Below, one piece after another: positions 58,757-64,000 of a DNA stretch of 64,000 bases. The position numbers and the translations under genes are program-made. Origin of the DNA: a bacterium (GTDB lineage: Bacteria; UBA8248). The notes under the pieces are model-generated. The model was not told the DNA's origin and ran no database searches. It saw only the letters and a program-made list of their open reading frames with translations. The DNA is taken from the NCBI GenBank assembly GCA_965203325.1, contig OZ241875.1, positions 3,328,001 through 3,392,000 of the forward strand, in the 5' to 3' direction. Positions within the stretch are counted from its first letter, which is position 1. Every line of letters starts with the position of its first letter.

Positions 58757-58867
58757 CGGCGCGTCTCCCCGGAGTGTGAAAGCCCCATCCTAATTCATCC
58801 GCCGCGAGAAGGGCAGTCGCAGGGGGGAATTTTATCGTCTCGGGGCCGTGGTGGTATATTGCCCGGC

Positions 58868-59884
58868 ATGAGTGGAGAAAACATTCGCTTGGCTTGCGTC
58901 GGTCTGGGCCGCTGGGCCGGCGTGCTGGCGGAAGGGGTCCGGAAAACGCCGGGGCTTCGAATCGCCGCCTGCCATACGAGGTCGGACGAGCGCAAGGAAG
59001 CTTTCGCCGAAAAATACGGTTGCAGGCCCTGTCCCGATTATGCGGCCATACTCGACGACCCGGATATCGACGCCGTCGTCCTCACCACGCCCCACAGCGC
59101 GCATAAAGAGCAAGTCCTCGCGGCGGCCCGCGCCGGGAAGCACGTCTTCGTCGAAAAGCCGATCGCCGTCACGCTCGGTGACGCCCGCGCCTGCGTGGAG
59201 GCCTGCGAGAGCGCGGGCGTCGTCTTGATGGTGGGGCATTGCTGGCGCTGGGTGGCGTCGGTCCAGGAGGCGAAATCGTTGCTCGATGCGGGCGCCCTCG
59301 GCGAGGTGACGCAGGCGGCGGGGCATTTCGGCAACCCGCGCGCCCGCAACTACGGCAGGGAAATCTGGCGCGACGACCCCGAAGAATCCCCCCTCGGGCC
59401 GTTCACGGGGCCGGGCTTTCACCTCCTGGATATCCTGAAGTACCTCCTGGGGCCGGTCGAGGAAGCATTCGCCGTACTGGAGCGGAAGATGTCGTCGGGG
59501 CGGATACCGGACACCGCTTCGGGCGCGCTCCGGTTCGCTTCAGGCCCGATCGCCCAGGTGAGTTCGAGCTTCGTGACGCCGCGCCGCTACCAGTTTTCCC
59601 TGTTCGGAACCGAGGCGAACCTCTACGTGAACGCGGATCTACAGGGCGGAACCCCCGCCGCACCCGGCCTCGTCATCCACAGGCGGGACGAGGAGGCGCC
59701 CGAAGTCCTCGCGGTCGAGAAGACCGACATGATCGCCCGCCACATGGCGTCTTTCGCGGAAAGCATCCGCGATGGCGCGCCACCTTTCACCGACGGACGG
59801 GAGGGAGCCGCCCTCGTCGCGCTGCTCTGCGCCATGCTCGCCTCATCGAAGGCGGGCGGATGGGCGCAAGTGGAAACGCCTTGA
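58868..59884 (+). CDS. Gfo/Idh/MocA oxidoreductase
   Basis: VGLGRW, GKHVFVEKP, HLLD. Confidence 0.9.
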   Translation: MSGENIRLACVGLGRWAGVLAEGVRKTPGLRIAACHTRSDERKEAFAEKYGCRPCPDYAAILDDPDIDAVVLTTPHSAHKEQVLAAARAGKHVFVEKPIAVTLGDARACVEACESAGVVLMVGHCWRWVASVQEAKSLLDAGALGEVTQAAGHFGNPRARNYGREIWRDDPEESPLGPFTGPGFHLLDILKYLLGPVEEAFAVLERKMSSGRIPDTASGALRFASGPIAQVSSSFVTPRRYQFSLFGTEANLYVNADLQGGTPAAPGLVIHRRDEEAPEVLAVEKTDMIARHMASFAESIRDGAPPFTDGREGAALVALLCAMLASSKAGGWAQVETP

Positions 59885-59926
59885 GGGTATCAGGCGGCAT
59901 CGGATTTTATTGCCCGCCTCAAAAAA

Positions 59927-60829
59927 TCACTTCCCCCACACGACGGCCCATGCGCCCAGCACCGAGCAGGCCCCGCCGATGATGACCTGCGCGCTCACGC
60001 GCTCCTGTTTCCTGAAGAACAGCCAGGAGAAGAGGATGACGATCAGGATCGAGAGCCGGTTGATGGGAACCACCTGGATGACCTCGCCGTCCTTGATCGC
60101 CCACCAGAAGAAGAACGCGGCCAGAAAGTTGCACGTCGCGCCCAGGGCCGTGATGAGGAGCGAATGGCGGGTGAAAGGGCTGCTTTTCATCTGGAGCGCC
60201 GGGAAGAAGAAGGCGCTCGCGAGCAGGAGCGTGAGCGTCGTCATGTTCGAGACGCCCATCCCGAGCGTGACCGAGGGGATGTGGACGAAGCCGTATTTTC
60301 TCACGATGTGGGAGATGCTCGCAAACGCCGCACCCGCCACGGGAATGAGGTAGTAGGTGAGGGGGATGCGTCTCTGGGTGGCTTTCCTGTCGTAAAGGAG
60401 CAGGACGCCGCCCGCCATGATGCCGAGCGTTCCCAGCGTAACGAGAGGGGTGAGCCTCTCGCCCAGCAGAATCACGGCCAGTCCCGAGGACCAGACGAGG
60501 CCCGTCTGCGTCAGGATGGGCGTGCGGGCCAGCCCCACGAGCTTGATGGATATCATCCCCATGTAGCGCCCGCCCAGCCCGCCGACCGCGCCCACGAGAA
60601 CGAACCACAGGATGCCGTAGAGCGGCCAGTGGTCGAGTCCCTCGCCCGCCGCGTAGAGGCCGAGCGCGAAGATGGTGGTGATGATGGTTGCGATCACCGT
60701 CGTCACGAGCGGGCTCAGGCTCATGAGCGCGCCCCGGTAGAGCGTCCTGGCGACCGAGATGAAAAACGCCGAGAGAAGCGCCATCAGGTTGGGATGAAGG
60801 GAGTCGAACAAGCGTAAAACCCAGAGCAA
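59927..60829 (-). CDS. EamA/DMT transporter
   Basis: Two 5-TM halves; LGERL and KQERV motifs. Confidence 0.85.
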   Translation of the reverse strand: MLWVLRLFDSLHPNLMALLSAFFISVARTLYRGALMSLSPLVTTVIATIITTIFALGLYAAGEGLDHWPLYGILWFVLVGAVGGLGGRYMGMISIKLVGLARTPILTQTGLVWSSGLAVILLGERLTPLVTLGTLGIMAGGVLLLYDRKATQRRIPLTYYLIPVAGAAFASISHIVRKYGFVHIPSVTLGMGVSNMTTLTLLLASAFFFPALQMKSSPFTRHSLLITALGATCNFLAAFFFWWAIKDGEVIQVVPINRLSILIVILFSWLFFRKQERVSAQVIIGGACSVLGAWAVVWGK

Positions 60830-60907
60830 GGGAAAACGCCATTATCCACCGGCGGTGAGAGCGGGGCAAGGTGTGGGCGGTTTTGAGTAGAGAGGGATAG
60901 CGTCTTC

Positions 60908-61041
60908 GTAGGGGCGGACCGATGTGTCCGCCCCCCTGTCATCATGGCGAACATACGTGCGGGCGGACACATCGGTCCGCCCCTACGGAAAAATATGGTT
61001 CTTGTGTGAGGAAGCAGGGACAGGTCGCGACCCGTCCCTGC
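60908..61041. repeat. GTAG-type REP cluster
   Basis: GTAGGGGCGGACCGATGTGTCCGCCC with its inverted copy, and GCAGGGACAGGTCGCGACCCGTCCCTGC. Confidence 0.75.
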
Positions 61042-61045
61042 AGAC

Positions 61046-61771
61046 TTACGCGGATAGATGTTGCGCGGTAGTGGCCGCCGCCGTCCCGTTTGCGGCTGGA
61101 GCGCATCCGTTCGCGGTCGCGCGCATCATCCGCTTGAGCGCGAGAACGGCGCTCTCGGGGCTGCTGAGCACCGTCGAATCCACACGGCGGGAGACCGCAT
61201 CCCGCGCCCGCGCCATGGAGAACTGCGCGAGCAGGACGACGTCGGTACGAGGCCTCTCAGCCGCGGCCTGTGCGATGAGTGCATCATGCGTGTCAGGGTC
61301 ACCCGCATGGAGGGCGTCGAGTGCGCCCGGCACGTAGGAGTTTTCGATTGTGAGGTCGACTTTTCTTTGCTCGGCCAGGGCTTCGAGTTCGCGCCTTATC
61401 GAGGGGCCGGACGGCCGGAACGTGGAGAGGACTTGGATACGGCCTTCAAGCGCCAGCGCCTCATCGAGCATCGCCTGGTTGGGTTTCAGGACGGGAACCA
61501 GGAGCCTCGCCCCTGCGGTCTCGATTGCCGGGCCGAAGGCCGAGCAGGAGAAGAGGATCGCCTGAGCACCCCCTCGGTGCGCGAACGTAGCGAGCCTCTC
61601 CACGCGCTCGTTGATCTCGGTCGTGAGGTGGCCGATCCGGTCCAGATCGCGGGCCAGGGATTCGTCGATGAGCTGGACGACCTCGGCTTCGGGCCAATGG
61701 TTTTCGAACGCGGCTTCGATGGGCGATACCGCGACGCGCGTCGCATGAACGACGCCGATGATGGTGGACAT
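61046..61771 (-). CDS. Asp/Glu/hydantoin racemase family protein
   Basis: ILFSCSAFG, VLLAQFSMA, VLSSPESAV. Confidence 0.8.
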   Translation of the reverse strand: MSTIIGVVHATRVAVSPIEAAFENHWPEAEVVQLIDESLARDLDRIGHLTTEINERVERLATFAHRGGAQAILFSCSAFGPAIETAGARLLVPVLKPNQAMLDEALALEGRIQVLSTFRPSGPSIRRELEALAEQRKVDLTIENSYVPGALDALHAGDPDTHDALIAQAAAERPRTDVVLLAQFSMARARDAVSRRVDSTVLSSPESAVLALKRMMRATANGCAPAANGTAAATTAQHLSA

Positions 61772-61859
61772 GGTTTCGGGCGTATCCTTACAAATGATCG
61801 CGTATGAATATGATGACAACGACGCGGGATTCTAGGCGAAACGCGGTTTGATGGCAAGG

Positions 61860-61926
61860 GCGGGGCGGACATTCAGGTCCGTCCCTATGCCAGAACCCGT
61901 AGGGGCCGTTCGCGAACGGCCCCTAC
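61860..61926. repeat. GTAG-type REPs
   Basis: GTAGGGGCCGTTCGCGAACGGCCCCTAC perfect palindrome. Confidence 0.75.
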
Positions 61927-61944
61927 AGGCTTGGGTTCTCACAT

Positions 61945-63714
61945 CTACTTCTCAGGCACCACGGGCAGCATGATGTAGGATGCGTGCTCGGGTCCGCAGT
62001 GGAGCGTCACGTTCTTGCCGAAAATCTCCTCGGGCCTGTCCGTGGGGTCGTCGTGCAGAAACGGCCCGCAGCCCCGGAACACGTTCTTCATGTTCGAGAG
62101 CTTGTGCGTGGTGACGCAGCTGTATTCGTAGTCCTTGCCGCGCACGCTGAGCGCCAGCCGGTAGCCGGGGGGCACCACGATGCAGGTGGGCCAGACCTCG
62201 ATGTCGAGCTCGTATATCTCGCCCGGCGTCAGGTATTGCTTCTCATCATGCGCCTGGTAGGGCTTCCACTCCGTCGAGAGTTCGGGCACGAGCTTTCTTT
62301 GCGAGGCTCTGAGCCAGCCCTGCGCGATGGGCGTGTTCGGGTCGAGCGTGCCCTGGAAGGTGATCTCCTTCATGTCGGGCGTGAACAGGCGCAGGACCAG
62401 AAACAAGTCCGCATCCTGGGTTTCGGATGAGACGAAGAGTTTCGAAGCCATGGGACCGGTTATCTCCGTCTCCTCATCGAACGGCGGGAACATGAACGTC
62501 ACGCCGTCACTGAAGCCCCCGTAGGTGATGGTCTGATCGGTGTCGAGCGGCGCTGAATCGAGGCACATTTGGGCGGGGTTCAGGTAGAACTTCGTCCACT
62601 TCGTCCGCGCGAGGGGCCATTCGTTCTCGCCGCGCTCGACGAATTTCTCCCCGACGTGGCGCACCTTGAGCATGACGGGCGGCTTCTCCATCCAGCCGGT
62701 TTCCTCGCCTTTCAAGTAGTGGCCGAAGAACTGCTTCTGGAGCTTCTCCCCGTAGGGGGTGTAGAACTCCGTCCAGTGCTCGAAGCCGTGGACTTCCAGC
62801 CATTTCTCGGTGGACGCCGCGCGCATGAAGCCTTCGTAGTTCCCCCTCGGGTGCAGACCCTGTCCGCCCCAGCTCGCCGCCGAGATGAAGGGCGTCTTTA
62901 TTTTCTCCCAGTGGGCGGAGCGATCCTGATACCACTCGCCGTCGAGCGGACGCTCCAGGATGTCGCCCCCGTAGTCCGAGCGGTTTTTCTCCATTTCCTC
63001 CTCGCTCAGGGTGTCGGGGCCGCATACCAGACCGCCGTGGACGCGGCTCTTGGGGCCGTTCTCGCCCAGGCCGTGCTGCACGGACTTCACCTGCATGTCG
63101 TACCAGTTGGCCAGGAACGTGGTGAGGATGCCGCCCTGGTGGCTCATGTCGCGGTAGAAATCCGCCGCGCCCTCCCAGACGCACATGGCTTCCAGGTACT
63201 TGGGCTGCAGACCCGCCACGTGCCACTGGTTGATGGCGTAATACGATATGCCCGTGAGGCCCACCTTGCCGTTGCACCAGGGCTGCTCGCCCGCCCATTC
63301 GATGCAGATGGCGAAGTCCTTGGTCTCGCGCGGGGAGAAGTGGTCGATGTAGCCTGGCGAGCGGCCCGCGCCGCGCGAGTCCACGCGCACGCAGATGTAG
63401 CCGTCGGGCACCCATTTCTCGGGGTCCACGACCTCCCAGCTCTGGTGGATGTTCGAGGAACCCGCGATGGCGTCGGGGTGGCCTGTGGCGAAAAGCTCCC
63501 ACGCCGTCTCGTAGCCGTCCTGCCATGCGAGGTCTTTCGCGTAGGGGCCGTAGCTCAGGATGACGGGGTATTCGCCGTCGTCATCGGGCCGGTAGACGTT
63601 CGCCCGCAGCACCAAGCCGTCTTCCATCCGGATGGGGACGTCCCATTCGATGAGAAAGCCGTGCATTTTTTCGGTTCGGTATTGCGGGTCCGTGCTCAGG
63701 TCGATGTCGCTCAT
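61945..63714 (-). CDS. CocE/NonD (S15) hydrolase
   Basis: DGLVLRANVYRP, PYAK, DSRGAGRS, GISY, QGWLRAS. Confidence 0.92.
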   Translation of the reverse strand: MSDIDLSTDPQYRTEKMHGFLIEWDVPIRMEDGLVLRANVYRPDDDGEYPVILSYGPYAKDLAWQDGYETAWELFATGHPDAIAGSSNIHQSWEVVDPEKWVPDGYICVRVDSRGAGRSPGYIDHFSPRETKDFAICIEWAGEQPWCNGKVGLTGISYYAINQWHVAGLQPKYLEAMCVWEGAADFYRDMSHQGGILTTFLANWYDMQVKSVQHGLGENGPKSRVHGGLVCGPDTLSEEEMEKNRSDYGGDILERPLDGEWYQDRSAHWEKIKTPFISAASWGGQGLHPRGNYEGFMRAASTEKWLEVHGFEHWTEFYTPYGEKLQKQFFGHYLKGEETGWMEKPPVMLKVRHVGEKFVERGENEWPLARTKWTKFYLNPAQMCLDSAPLDTDQTITYGGFSDGVTFMFPPFDEETEITGPMASKLFVSSETQDADLFLVLRLFTPDMKEITFQGTLDPNTPIAQGWLRASQRKLVPELSTEWKPYQAHDEKQYLTPGEIYELDIEVWPTCIVVPPGYRLALSVRGKDYEYSCVTTHKLSNMKNVFRGCGPFLHDDPTDRPEEIFGKNVTLHCGPEHASYIMLPVVPEK

Positions 63715-63755
63715 GTTCACCTCATCTCTTGAGTGGGAAGTTTCATCTTCCGCGC

Positions 63756-64000
63756 CTATTTCTCGGGAATCACCGGCAGCATCACGTAGGCCTCGTGCTC
63801 CCCGCCGCAGTGGAGCGTCACGTTCTTGCCGAACACATCAGGCGGCCTGTCCTTCGGGTCGTTGTGGATGAAGCAACCGCAGCCGGTGAATTCGTTTTTC
63901 ATGTTGGAGAGGCCGCCGCCTGACCCGCCGGGGTAGACGTAGTCCTTGCCGCGCACCGTGAAGGCGACCCGGTAGCCCTCGGGAATCACGATGCAGGTCG
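63756..64000 (-). CDS. Second CocE/NonD hydrolase, C-terminal part (runs off the right edge)
   Basis: PTCIVIPEGYRVAFTVRGKDY..MLPVIPEK, paralogous to the downstream gene. Confidence 0.88.
   Translation of the reverse strand, partial: TCIVIPEGYRVAFTVRGKDYVYPGGSGGGLSNMKNEFTGCGCFIHNDPKDRPPDVFGKNVTLHCGGEHEAYVMLPVIPEK

Noticed and set aside
58022..58867. N-terminal half of the 620-aa ORF
   Set aside because: Antisense to the SDR gene; the Gfo/Idh/MocA domain starts at 58868
47445..61926. Palindromic repeats as a CRISPR array
   Set aside because: Dispersed, with no regular repeat-spacer period and no cas genes

Overview
GC-rich bacterial window in two parts. 1-~45.4 kb is a mosaic accessory island. 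It holds two diverged, inverted copies of a conjugative-element leading region (ssb, long hairpin, DUF4326, DUF2493/SLOG, putative oriT, RHH gene) enclosing gene fragments. A low-GC defence cluster follows: DUF2971; MORC-type GHKL ATPase/histidine kinase with a receiver protein, an unknown protein, Dcm, HNH and Vsr; and two HEPN-like genes. There is also a five-gene membrane-anchored coiled-coil McrBC/Hsp70-like operon, surface-protein genes (metallopeptidase, lipoprotein, FN3 autotransporter) sharing duplicated regulatory scaffolds, and IS256, IS1595 and integrase remnants. ~45.7-64 kb looks like ordinary chromosome: M28 peptidase, a btuB-F-C-D-tonB operon under two cobalamin riboswitches, catabolic enzymes, and many REP/MITE repeats. 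All family assignments come from motif recognition by eye, not from database searches.
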